Below are positions 1 to 13,775 of a stretch of 64,000 bases of DNA, piece after piece; the stretch's first letter is position 1; each line of letters opens with the position of its first letter. The notes under the pieces are model-generated. The model made no database searches and was not told where the DNA came from. It saw only the letters and a program-made list of their open reading frames with translations. The stretch is from Eledone cirrhosa (Eukaryota): contig OZ024742.1 of NCBI GenBank assembly GCA_964016885.1, forward strand, positions 147,498,001 to 147,562,000. The letters are read 5' to 3'. The position numbers were made by a program, and so were the translations under genes.

Positions 1-456
1 AACAAAATGCTTTGTGGCATTTAGTTAACAATATTTATGATCCCAGTTGAAATCCCAAGCAGTCAATTTTACCTTTCATCTTTCTGGGGTCAATAATCAA
101 CTTTCCTTCCCCTCAAATACTGACCATGTGCCTATAAGAGAAACCATTATTATTGATCATGGTGATAATGAAATCCTCATTGTCATCATCATCATCATCA
201 TTATCATCATTGTCACTGCTGTCAACATTGTAGACAAACCCTCAGTAAAAGAGGTGTATGACGGTTATTAAAGGATGATGGTTGAACAACATTTTTCCCC
301 TTTATTAACTGCAACTGTTATTGTTGTTCTCTCCCTCATCGTCTGTCCCTCTCTCAGATTGTCTTTGTTACAGTTACAGTGGTCTGTTAATACCTTTGAT
401 CAGTCACAGATTGTCATATGGGCTAAGTGGGCTGCAACCAAGGGCTTCATATTTAA

Positions 457-674
457 CCCTTTAATGTTCAAACCGGTCACCCGGCCAGAATTCTCTACCT
501 CTTTCTGTTGAAACTGGCTGTAACCAGTCGCTCAAACTGATGTTACGGTATTGTTCTCAAAATAAATACTTTCAAAATCTCATAGATTCGATATTATGTG
601 AGATAATTATGCAAGGTAAAGCCTTTAACATGAAAATATAATAGTATATATAAAGTAATGTAAATGCTAAAGGG
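457..674. mobile_element. piggyBac-type MITE
   Basis: TTAA|CCCTTTA ... TAAAGGG|TTAA; related copies at 26536-26756, about 50678-50897 and partial at about 19072-19240. Confidence 0.75.
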
Positions 675-1042
675 TTAAGGGTGGGGTTCTTCTTATATTA
701 AAATATAGTTATGAAACAACATTTATGTCCGAATTTATATTATAATTGATATTAAATACATTTTTTTCTTTAGGTGTCAACTGTGTTTTAGGGGTTAGTA
801 TATGTTGATGCTGGAACCTCAGCATCATTTTATATGTAGGTCTACATTCATGTACTTCAAATTTTTATCAAGGTTTTTACAAACAGATGCTAGCTACCCC
901 AAATGTCCCCAAGAGTCCTAGGGCTCTAGCTGCTTTAGTCAGCCTTGTTTTTTACTATTAACCCAAATCGTACTCTCAGCTTGCTGAGACTTTACCCTAT
1001 AGTTTACAGTTTATCACAAAGAAAATGAATGATAGTACTCAC

Positions 1043-1112
1043 AAAGAGAACCAGAAATACAGGCACACAATGGATGTAGTCAAAATTAGACATAGGCACA
1101 GATATCCAACAC
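1043..1112 (-). CDS. GPCR exon: ECL2/TM5 (CWISVPMSNFDYIHCVPVFLVLF)
   Basis: ttgttgcag| acceptor and |gtgagt donor, 70 nt; CW...DYI...P..LVL motif. Confidence 0.9.
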
Positions 1113-4100
1113 CTGCAACAATAATGGCTATTGGCTTAATACATGATGTTTAAATAAACAATATCATCACCACACGTATAAACATTTTTATCAAACAACA
1201 ACTTTTTATTCCAATTAAATTATATAATGTTTGTTTTTGCTCTTAACGTGGTGGATACCTCAGTGTATTCGTGAGTGAACAACAATGATATTATAGTAAT
1301 ATCATAATATTATAAATATTTACTTGTAAACAAACTGAATATTAATAATATTATGATATTATAATATTATTGTTATTCCCTCACCAATACACTTATATAA
1401 CGTTTATGATTTATAAAAGGAACAAATCAATAAAAAGTGTCAGAAAGAAGAGAAAAGGGAGATGTGCACACGTAAGTACATGTTACAACAGGAAATGATA
1501 GTAATGCCTTCTAAATGTGTTTCAGGCAAACCAAGATACTTATAGCATTATCACTGGTCATAACAAGCCTTATATGCTGTAATAGCCAAGTATACTCACC
1601 AGCATCATCTAAAACTTCAGTAAGATTATTCACTAATTACAACATTGCCCCCTGCCAATGTATTGGATGCCACAGGCTAAAAAAATGTAGTTTACTGATA
1701 AATAATGGTATTTCAGTAGTTTATTCCCATCTCGAAGCTTTTACAAGAAACTCTGTATTTTAAAACTCATACATCCACTTACATCAATAGTACATCATCA
1801 TCCTTCTTCTTCTTCTTCTTCTTCTTCTTCTTCTTCTTCTTCTTCTTCTTCTTCTTCTTCTTCTTCTTCTTCTTTCTTCTTCATTCTTGGGAGGGAGCAG
1901 CCTATCAGAAGCAGCCAACTCCAATTGATTCAATTGGATCCCCAAGCAAAACCAGCTGAGTTCATGGATGTTATCCAACCAGGAACTCCTATCAGTTTTT
2001 TACCCATAAAATCTGTCCATTCTAACCGTGTCTGTAGTATCGGAGCTGTCATCTCATAATCCTGAGAAGTAGCATCTCTATCTGGAGTGATTTTCTGATT
2101 TCTGATGTATACGCTCTGTTGAGTAAGGTTATTCCAAAGACCCTTCTGAGGAACCCCATTTTGGCCGTTTGTATTAAGGATTGGATACTTTCGGTCATTA
2201 CCCAAGCTTCATAACCATAGACGAGAGTTAGCAAAATACCAAATTGAAGATAGGGAGTTTGGTTTTTATACTTTTACACCCACTTCCCTTCTGGTGACTG
2301 AATCCTGAAGCTAGCACATAACTATGCCAGCCCCTGCAATTCTTGCACTTAATTCAGCCATCTGCCTTCTATCACTCTTGAACACTTATTGTTGGAATTG
2401 ATGAGGGTCCAACATGTTAGAGAAGAGAGTTAAAAAAAAACAGATTGAATAAATATGTTTTCTGCCACCATTAAAATGCACCCAATACTCACACACATGT
2501 ACATACATATATATGCACACATACATACATACATATGTGTGTATGTATGTATGTAACAATATTACTCTATTACCCAATTACATGTTCCAGCTGACGGGCT
2601 GAGGCCATGCTGAGCACCAAAATTTATCTGATAAGTGAGAAATATATGTAGATTATGAAAAAGCTCTGTTAGAGGAAATACTTACGAGTTATTTTCAAAC
2701 TTAGCTTTTAGAAGTGCCCAAACAAGAATGAAAGGAAGTGGAGCTCCTGTGAAAAAAGTTGATGTATTAGAATTTTCTGGAACAGAAAGCATTGACAGAC
2801 TGAATATACATACATACATAATGGCTGTAAACTCGTGTTCGAGTATTGCCATTGCCCGATAAAATGCTAAAAAATGCGAGGCACGAATGTGGCTCTTTAA
2901 ATCAGCCAAAGACTTGCACCCTCTGGCACATACATGACAACTGTAGGCTCCTCTGGGACTTTCCATTGTTTTGTTCTGGCTGTGTGTTCTCATGTGTCTT
3001 TTGAGACCTCCCATGCTAGCACATTCCTTACATCTTTTCAGATCTTAATCTATATGAGGTCTACTGATATGACTTTGTTTGTGTCTAGTCAAACCAGCTT
3101 TGCTCAGGCAGACTTGACCACAAACCAGATGATGTTCAACACCAGGCAGTTCAGAACAGTCTCTTTTCCACACCTTCCTTTTCAGTGTTAGGTGTTCTCT
3201 TCGACGAGTTTCAAAGTGTTCACTACCTGACTTGATCAAATGTCTCCACTTCACATGCTCCTCAGCCATTTTCTCCAATTCGTCAGATGAAATTCCAGCG
3301 CAAGCCAAGGTGCCCCTGATACAGTGCTGGTACCGCATTTTTGGTTTGTGTGGTAGTCGCCTTCCTTCACACAGTTCTCTGTAGAGAAGTTGCTTTGGAA
3401 TGCAATCAGCAGACATCCAGACCACGTGTCCACACCACCTCAACCGATGCCGAAAGTTCATGCTCTCTATAGTCATGCACCTGTTCTGTTTGAGAACTTC
3501 CAAATCACTGACGAACATTTTCCATCGCACCCCAAGTAACTTACGAATAGATTGTTAGTGAAATCTCTCCAGTTCCTTGAGGTGCTTTCTGTATGTGACC
3601 CACCTCTCACAAGCATAAAGCAAAGAGGAGATGATACTAGTCAGATACACTTTCACCTTGATTTTGATAGTGATACCTCATATAAACCATAAACGTTCAT
3701 GCAGCCGTCCAAAAGCATCACTGGTTTTCTGGATTCTTAAGGATTTTGCTAGCTGAGTAGACTGGAGCAATGTGAAATAGAGTCTGTTTCATTAATTTGA
3801 AATCTTAATGATGATTTCTAAGATCTCATGCTCTGTAATCTTTTTTTAATTATATTTCATGTTATATTTTGATGTTTATAAGCATTTTTATGGACCACGT
3901 CTAATATTCAGAGTTTTTCACTCTTTGCAGTTGCTCTAGGAATGTAACTCTTGCAAATACCGGGGGACAACTGTATTATTAAATTTCTTCGCTATTTTCT
4001 AAAATTAACTGAGGTACATTGGTTGTGTATTTCATTAGAAGTGTAGAAACAAATGGGTTAATTGAATGTAAAATGAACTCTAGCTGGTTTTGAACTCAAG

Positions 4101-4503
4101 ACTTCTTGGTAACTAAATTGTAATTAAATTGCAACACATATTTATTGTCACTCTACCTATTCTGCCACGTGTACCACTGTCACAGGTTGGCTAAATAACA
4201 GGAAGGTGGATTTATGGATTCTGGAATTAAAAACATTTCCTTCTCAACAACACCACCACCACCACCACCACCACCACCACCATCATCATCATCAACATCA
4301 TCAACATTGTCATCGCCATCATTGTCATCATCACCAACATCATCATCATCATCACCATCATCACCATCATCATCATAACCATCATAATCATCATTCTCAT
4401 CACCACCACCATCATCATCATCATCATCATCACCATCATCGTCCTCATCACCATCATCACCATCATCATCATAACCATCATAATCATCATTCTCATCACC
4501 ACC

Positions 4504-4537
<34 letters not shown>

Positions 4538-7500
4538 TCAATGTTATCATCATCTTTACTACCATCACCAACAGCAACAGAAACATCTGTGTGTATGTGT
4601 GTGTATGTGTATGTGTGTGTGTGGGGGGGGGTGTATGTGTGTGTTTGTTTTCACTTTCTCCCACATTTAATACAGAATCAACAACAACAACACCAACAGT
4701 AACCACAGCAATATACTTGAAGAAGCTTTCACCGGAAATTGTAATCTGTCTGCCCAAGGACTCGGCTCATTGTCATTTTATGGGTTTTATTTTACTCTAC
4801 ACACTATAATATTATTTTGACAAGGTTCCCAAGGCCTTAAACGAAGGCGAAAGAGTTAATCAGAAGTTGAAGTGTTTGTGACTTGATCAACTATATCTGC
4901 CATGTGAATGAAATAAATTCACATCAAAAGATAATCAAAACTGTGTTTTGATCTCAACATCAACATCTTCAGCCTCCTCTTCATCATCACGGTCATCATC
5001 ATCATCATCATCATCATCATGATCATCATCATGATCATCATCATGATTATTATCATCATCCTCATCACCGTTGTTTTAGGTCCATTTATGATGCTGGCAT
5101 GGGTTGGATCGGTCATCATGCTCTGACAAAGTTTTAAAGTTTTATTAACTGAATATAACACCACCACCACCACCACCACCACCACCACCAACAACAACAA
5201 CAATAATAATTGTTTCTATTTTTGGCAAAAGGCCAGCAATTATCCCAGTGCATTACTGGTGCTTTATTTTATCGACCCCGTAAGGATGAAAGGCAAAATT
5301 AACCTTGGCCGGATTTGAACTCAGAACGTAAAGGGCCATAACTCTACGCTGCAAAGCTTGGTGATAATAATGGTTTCTTATATAGGCACAAGGCCAGCAA
5401 TTTTGGGGGAAGGGGAAAACCGATTAGATCGATCCCAGTGCATGACTGGTACTTTAATTTATCGACCCCGAAGGATGAAAGGCAAAGTTAACCTCGGCGA
5501 GATTTGAACTCAGAACCTAAATCGGCGTAACTGTATGCTGCAAAGCATGGTGTCTGATACTCTACCAATACTGCTAATCCACTGCCTATGCGGTGGATTA
5601 GTAATAACATCTAACATCTGACCAGAACCTACCGGGAAGGGCAGGCAGTTTTTATCTGTCTGGTAGCCATGGCGAAAGAGATAGTATGGTCGACACGTCT
5701 GAAAGGGCTGAAGACGAGCATTTACCTCTTCGGTGATGCCCTGATTAACTTTTTCCAATTTCATTTGAAAAGGAAAATCAGGGTAGAGAGGGAAGTGCTC
5801 TCTTCCCAGCTTTTTGTTGAAAGATGAGTGAGAGAGGCAAGAATGGCCCGAGTGAGTGGACCTACTCTGAGTATATGCTTGTAAATTGAAGGTGGAAAAC
5901 TGGGAGAGGACAATTGCCCTGGTGGTCAGGGTCAACATGGCTTTTTAATGGGGTTTCTCCACGATGGCCCTCGGAAGTCTCCCTCCTATTGGGGAATTTT
6001 TTTCATTGTTCTATTATTACATGCTCTGTTTTTTTGTTTTTTTTACACGCAGAAATGCCCTTTTGTACCGTCCTGTATTGTCCTGTACTGTCCTTAATGT
6101 CTACATTGTGTAAACCCTTGTGGTTAATAAAGAAAGCATTATTAATAATAATAATAATAATAATAATAACGATAATAACAATAAAAATAAACAGCAACAA
6201 AAAAAATCATTTCCCTGTTAAATTCGGAATATTTATAAAAGTGACCAATACTATACACCCCATTAATATATAACCAACACCTCAAACCCTATTAATATAT
6301 AACCAATACTCCACTCCCCATTAATATATAACCAATACTCCACTCCCCATTAATATATAACCAATACTCCACACCACATTAATATATAACCAACACTCCA
6401 CCCCCCATTAATATATAACCAACACTCCACTCCCCATTAATATATAACCAACACCCCACACTCCATTAATATATAACCAACACTCCACTCCCCATTAATA
6501 TATAACCAACAACCCACACTCCATTAATATATGACCAACACCCCACACTCCATTAATATATGACCAACACTCCACATCCCATTAATATCTGACCAGCACT
6601 ACATATGCCATTAATACATAACAGACATTATTCAGTTCATTAACCCTTTTCATACTAAACCCTAAAATCTGTTTGTTTTGAAGTGTTTATATTTATCTAA
6701 TATCTTGCACCATAATATTATGTAAGAACCTTACTTATTTATGTTCTACACATCAGCTAAATATTGCTTTTTTCATCATCATCATCATCATCCTCATCCT
6801 CCTCCTCCTCCTCCTCTCCACCACCACGATCTCTCTCTATAATTCTTAGTCTTTCTCTTTTTAGATAGATACATACATATAACATGACGCCCTTATAATA
6901 TCTGTCTGTATGTCTGGCTGTCAACATTACGTCACTTCCTACAATTTGCTCTGCGTCCAAAACGCGCCCTTATAATATCTGTCTGTATGTCTGGCTGCCT
7001 GCTGCCTCCGGTTATTCTGCCACCCTTGCTGAAGACAAATCTCACACTCATTCCACAAACAGTTGGTAAGTGCACACAACTTCTTCCTCACGTTTTAAGC
7101 CACAGTGTTGCTTACTTATGTACCACCAGACCCTTACTTCTTTGCCAGCCATGGTTGTGGCAATACTAAGCTTAGCTAAGGCGGTTATATATTTCACAAT
7201 ACCTTATCCCGTGCAATGCTGGGTACCACTGTTAGTAACCAATAAATCTCTCCAAATTGATAATAAGCAGTGTATTTCATTAGAAATACAGTAACTAAAG
7301 TGTAAATATATGACCAACAATGCTTACCCCATCCTATTAATTTGAAATGCCAAAGCTGGAGTTTCTCTGAAGAATATGTCCAAACAACAATCATGTGCAG
7401 ATGAAGACCTTCAACAAACATCCAGTAGAAGTTGGTACTCTGGAAGTAATTGAAGGCTGTCACCAGAGCTTTACATAACCACTAGAAATAGAAGAAAGAT

Positions 7501-8610
7501 ATTGGTAGACATTGGAAAACATTGGAGGATATAAGATATGTGTATATATAAACAATACACATGCAGACATCTCCACTTTTATAAAATAATTCAAGCCTAA
7601 CACACCTATACACACATACATCCAAAATCAGACACACATACTCACACCTCACTTCACCCTGATCTTTCTTGACCACAGGATTATTGACTTCTTGCATTAT
7701 TCTTTCTACCACACACATACACACACATACAGACAAATATACACACACAGATAAGCAGACCCTCATACACACACATACACATATTACACAGACCCACATA
7801 CACACACATATGTACTGACATACACAGACATACATATACACACAAACCAAGAAGTGACATTTAATAATGTTATAATATAAACATGAACCAACAAGTACAC
7901 CAAGCAGGTAAAATTCAATAAGTGATTGTATATAAAATTGAACTGTCAGAGCCAATAGGGAGACAGATTAAAAATGTCTTGGTATTTATTGCAGCTCACT
8001 GAACTTAGCCTTTCTTCCTTTTGAGGTCATATAAATTACCAGTGTTGGGGGTTGATTCTTCATTTCTATCTCTTTCCCCCTCTCTCTTCCACGCTTTATC
8101 TCCCTCCCTCTATCTCTCTCTACCCCCTCCTCCTTCCTTCACTGGAAGAAATCAGCTCTGGAGATGGGTGCAGGATGGGCTTCACCAGGTTTAAAATGCT
8201 CAAGACATGCAGTGTGTTAAGATAGCACCCTTACAACTCCACCAAGAGTGAAGACTCAAGAAGAAGAAAAAAAGTGTATATATATCTATATATATATATA
8301 TATATATAAAGTCTAAAGTCTAAAGTCTGCCTTAAGCCAGAAGGCTCATTTGGCCGGTGCTTATCCCGGTTTCATGGCATGAAGCAACTGAGAGTACAAG
8401 ACTCACCTCTGGACAGGATGCCAGTCCATTGCAGGGTTAAACCTCCAGCTATTGCTGGTACTCATTTTCAGTTGAGTAAACAGGAGCAACATGAAATGAA
8501 GTGTTTTGTTCAAGAACACAACACACATCCCAGGAATCGAACCCACAACATTATGGTTGTAAGTCCAACACCCTTACCACTAGGCCACGTGCCTCCACAC
8601 ACACACAAAC

Positions 8611-8642
<32 letters not shown>

Positions 8643-11600
8643 GTGTGTGTGTGTATTCTACTCACCTCCAGATATTGTTTATGGACAGCAACATGTTCTA
8701 TGCTGTGACGCATAGCAAGCCAGATTATGTTACGGAAGATGAAACTCATAATTAAGTGGCAGTGAATCCTATTTCGGAGACATCGGAGATTCCTACAGAA
8801 GAAAAATGGAGAATGTTAAGATATAACATATAATGGTTATTGTAACAAGGTATTTGGAACTTGATATTGCAGTAAACTTGAACATCACTTAATGAAACAC
8901 CTCATATACTTTATAAAATAGTAAAGCCCTCTTTGGTCATGATTGACCAAGGCCATATGTTTGCACCCAGAAAGTCGCTCTCTAAGATGGAAGCCTGGAC
9001 AAGGTGCTTTATGGAAAAGAAATTGTGGATGGAATGTGTTTAAGAGGTTCTATCTATTCCATACATACTATTTCTTTTTCACAAAACAACTTGTCCAGGA
9101 GGAAATGGGATAACGTAGTGAAGATTCACCTTAGGAAACTGAACCTCACAACATTGATTGATAAAAAATCACAAAGACTGATGACACAGAGTAATGGAGA
9201 ATATTCACCAGCTGGTTTAAGACAAGATGCCTTGTTTCCCCAACCTTACCATCAACCATTTCTACTAGAGTATCCACTGTCCATCTTATGTGGATGTGAC
9301 CTGATTTATACTCAACCTACTCCACCATCACTCTTTAGTAACCATTCTCATCACACTTTTAAATCCCACCAGACTTGCCATAGCACAGTGGCAACTGTTT
9401 TCTTTATCATTACTCTCCACACACCTCTCCTACATCACTGTTAAATCCCACCACTCTTGTCATACACTCATGACATCATACTTTTTCACCCATTTTCTCC
9501 CTCATATCACCTTCTTAAATCCCACTACACTTGTTATACACCCATGGCATCATAGTTCTCATTCTCCTTACACCCTCCCCAAACACACCTATTGTCACAT
9601 ATCCATTACATCATACTTCTCTTCTATCTTACCCAACTCACAACTCTTAAACTTGTCTGCTTTAGGTCTAAGCATCTTCCTCTCTCCCGACGAATAGCTA
9701 AGGTCCGTTTAATGATCAGGTTTAGCTCAGTGTGGTGGGTGAAACGACCAGCATTCAGCTGGCAGGACAAACCATGTAGGCCTGTGGAGTCAAGGGACCT
9801 ACCACAGTGATATCTCAGACCCCCACAGACATTGGCTCCCACTTGGAGTGAAATGGAGATGTGGAGCTCATCCTAAATGAGAAGGCCACCAATGCTGGAC
9901 ACAGGCAGGGCATCAATCCAGTCTCCTGAGAACTTTGGGCTTGCAGAAAGTAAGTGGCATCTAGAAAATTGATCAGAATGATCAAAGAGAGAGTTAAAAG
10001 TTTTGCTTGAACGCAGATTGTCCCATACTCTCTGCTTCCATCTATCCTCATCAGTATCGGGAACTGACAAACCCAGCTCTCGCCACTGTGGTACAGCTTC
10101 ATCCATTTCCTTGATGGAACTAGTCCATCTTCGAAAGGAGAGGATATCACCCACTAAAAAGGAACAAGTGTCAATGGAGGAAAGAAAGCAAGGTTGTGTC
10201 AAAGACAAGCATTTATGCAGACCAAGACCTCCAAACCGTTTGGGCAAGGTAGCTTGGCCATGGGACTCTGGATTGAGTCAAAAATTGACCAGACCCTTGA
10301 GCTCATTGAATATTAGGTCATCAAAGTGCTGGAGGAACGATGAAAATTTGTATGAGGGACTAACTCGGAGGAAATACAACTTAGGAATTGACAAATAATT
10401 CCTAAGTATAAAAAAACTTTGGTGAGGCTCAATGTCTTCAAGGTTTTTTAAAAGTTGCTTGAGGTTAGCCAACTTAGATTGAAAAATGGACTCAAAGCTA
10501 GGTCAGTAATTGTGGCTCCAAGGGAGAATCAGGGAAGGACTTTGTAAACAGGTCAACAGTCTGCTGATGTGAAGCTGGTTGGATGAGGAGCCAAAGCTCG
10601 TATTTGGAACTGTTGACGAGAAGGTCTCTACAACCCAGTTCCTCAATTATTGTCTTCCCAGTTGCAAGGACCTTGTCCGGAGGACTCCCCAAACAAGCAT
10701 CATCCAGGTGTTTATATTTATCTAAAAATATTTCATCATAATTTTATCTAAGAATCTTTGTTAAGCTGTGTTTCAAACACCAGCTTAATAATAAGAAAGT
10801 TAAGTATTTCTCTGAAACCCTCAAATTTCTTTATTATATTTGAAAGTATTTGAAACTCAGAGGCAGTGTCGTTCATTAGGAATATAGCAACGATTATTGA
10901 TTATATATATATGTAAAAACAAACATTCATGGTATTGTAAATTAAATATTTATTTAAGATATTCCTACATCGTGGAAAATTTTTCTGTATGAAATTCAAC
11001 ATAAATTTATTTATATTGAAAATGGTATATCTAGATTAATAGGTATTAATAAATTAACTATTTATGCATTACACTATGCATTTCAATATTAGATAAACCA
11101 ATTAAATGACTGGGTTAAATTAACCAGAACAAATGTAACTATGTTAGAATCTTTAAATTCTGTAGACTTTTTCCCCATGTTTTGGTTCAATCATGCATAT
11201 GAACAACTTTTAATGTGAAGAATCGCCATCAATTTTGATAGTGTAGGCTCAGCTCCTGTCCACTTTTGTCCATCTCAAAGGGCATTTTACCCAATTTTCT
11301 AAACTTTTATGTATAATGACCAACTCTTGTTGCAGTCATTTTCTGCATTTAGGACACTCAATTTTTTTCAAATTCTCCCAGTGCTTTGTAAATCATATGA
11401 AGTTTGTTTATTATATTACATTTAACTAATATATATTTCATCAAACCATTAAAGAAAAAAATATATATATATATAAATGTTCAATACACGCACATATGTA
11501 ATATATGATTTTGATAATTTCCATTATTAAGCCAGCCAACCAGTTGAGTTTACCCTGGCTCTATTGATAGCATTTATATTACTATTAATATATGACAAAT

Positions 11601-12909
11601 TACACAAATTAGTTGTGTAAGCAATGAAGCTGATTCTATTTTTATAAGGAATTCATACAAACCATATTAGCTTCATGAATAAAGTAAACATTTTGTGATA
11701 TTATCATTTTTAATGTGAATAGGAAATGATTGAAAATGTTATATTTTCAATTCTGTAGTCACATAACATCTTGTTTCGGACCACGGTGACCTGTCAAATT
11801 CATGTCAACATAGAAAATGGATATAAAATGATGATGATGATGAGTGCATATTAAATACTAGCAGAGTAGCCTGTCATTGCCAGGCAATTTTCACCATGCC
11901 TTTCGTTCAATTTGTTTTATTCCATGTCAGACCATGTCTCCTCCATACCTCATCTCCCTTTACTTATTCCCTGTGGCCCGTCCCCATGAATCATCAATCA
12001 TGCCCAAGATAGTTTCTATGGAAATTTACTCAGTGAAGCTGTATGTTGAAGTGGTATCAATGACTTGTCGTGTACTTTAGTTTGAGCATATTCACATAAA
12101 CATTGGGTGACCTGATCTCTGTGAAGACAACTCGCTGCTTCATAGCGAAAACAATTCCCCTTGCTGACAGCATGGATGGACGGAATAATAAGGTCACATT
12201 GAAAGAATGCATAAGACAATCAATAAAAGCCAAACTACTTAAAATGTTACAATAAAAATGATTGATAATATTACTATTTTCTATTTTTTTTTTGTTTTAC
12301 CTTTATGCTTTTTGGAATTAAGAAACTCCATGTGTCCCAAAAACCTTCTCCCTGGGACACAGATTTCGAAAATCAAATCCATTTCTCTCTAGGATGCACC
12401 ATTTTGGAGCCTTTCGGCAACATACATACATTCATATTTACACAGACACACTCAAATATATAGATTGGGGAAGTAACAATTAACCACATTATCCCTGTCT
12501 GCCCAGTCTTAGCCAAAAAGGAATATATCCACAGACATGATAGAGTAGGAATTTACATACACTGGAAATTATGCTAACATTACGAAATACCAACAGACAA
12601 CAGATGGTACAAACACACACCAGAAAATGTATAGATAATGACAAAGCAACAATTCTCTGGGATATGCCAATACATACGGACAGAGAGATCAAAACCAACC
12701 AATCAGATGGTATAGTCAAAGACTACAAAGAAAAGAAAATGTCTTTTAATTGTATTACTCCTCACAAGTGACAAGACAATATATCTACCAAGGAAATGGA
12801 GAAACTATCCAAATATAGAGATAGAAATAATCCGAATGTGGATGATGAAAAGAGAAACAATACCTATAATAATAGGTGCTCTGGGAATGATAACAAATCA
12901 CGCAGACAG

Positions 12910-12954
<45 letters not shown>

Positions 12955-13735
12955 GTTTAACGTCCATTTTCCACGCTAACATGGGTCTGGACGGGAATTG
13001 TCCCACTTGAGGCAAGATTGGTTGTCTTGCTCGTATAGGACTGTCTGGCGGGTTTTCTACGGCTGGAGGCCCTTCCTAACACCAACCACGTTTACAGCGT
13101 GGACTGTGTGTTTTATTGTCGTGACACCTACACGACCACATTTGTTTCGGACTGGATGTTGTGGTACCAACATAACTTCACATTTAAGATAGATTACCAA
13201 AACCCCAGGAGTTTCAAATATATACAGCATACAGAAAATAGTACTACTAGGCACTGCACACATATTACAAAGAGTACTTCCAATACAATAGAAACAACAT
13301 CACCAAAAACTAACACTGCACATACCTAAGGCACACAGAGCTGCACTCAGTAATGCAGTGATATAATAATAATAATAAATTGAGCAAGTATAAGGACCTG
13401 GAGATAGAAATTGGAAAAATGTGGAAATTGAGAACTAAAACAATACCAGTGGTTGTAGGCGCTCTAGGAATGATACCTAAGGAGTCTAATGATTACTTAT
13501 CGCAAATCCCAGGAAACCCGCGTATAGGAGAAATACAAAAGTTAATACTAATGGGAACTGCCCATATACTAAGGAAGATTCTGTCAATATAAGTACATCA
13601 CAAGTCTAAACACCTAAAGATGCATGTGTGTGTATGTATGTTCTTTCTTGAACATGGCGGACCTTGTTATCTCTTGAGGTCACTGGTTGAGACTTGGTGA
13701 TAACTCGTATGAAAATAAAGCAAGATAAATGCAAC

Positions 13736-13775
<40 letters not shown>

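Noticed and set aside
880-950. Minus-strand peptide RLTKAARALGLLGTFGVASI resembling GPCR TM6
   Set aside because: It lacks the PLLG motif and a polypyrimidine acceptor, and the intervening TM5/ICL3 exon is missing.
4206-5203. Poly-His and poly-Met ORFs
   Set aside because: (CAT/CAC)n microsatellite translations within a GPCR intron.
6243-6620. CRISPR-like regularly spaced repeats
   Set aside because: Contiguous tandem units with no unique spacers, no cas genes, and a eukaryotic context.
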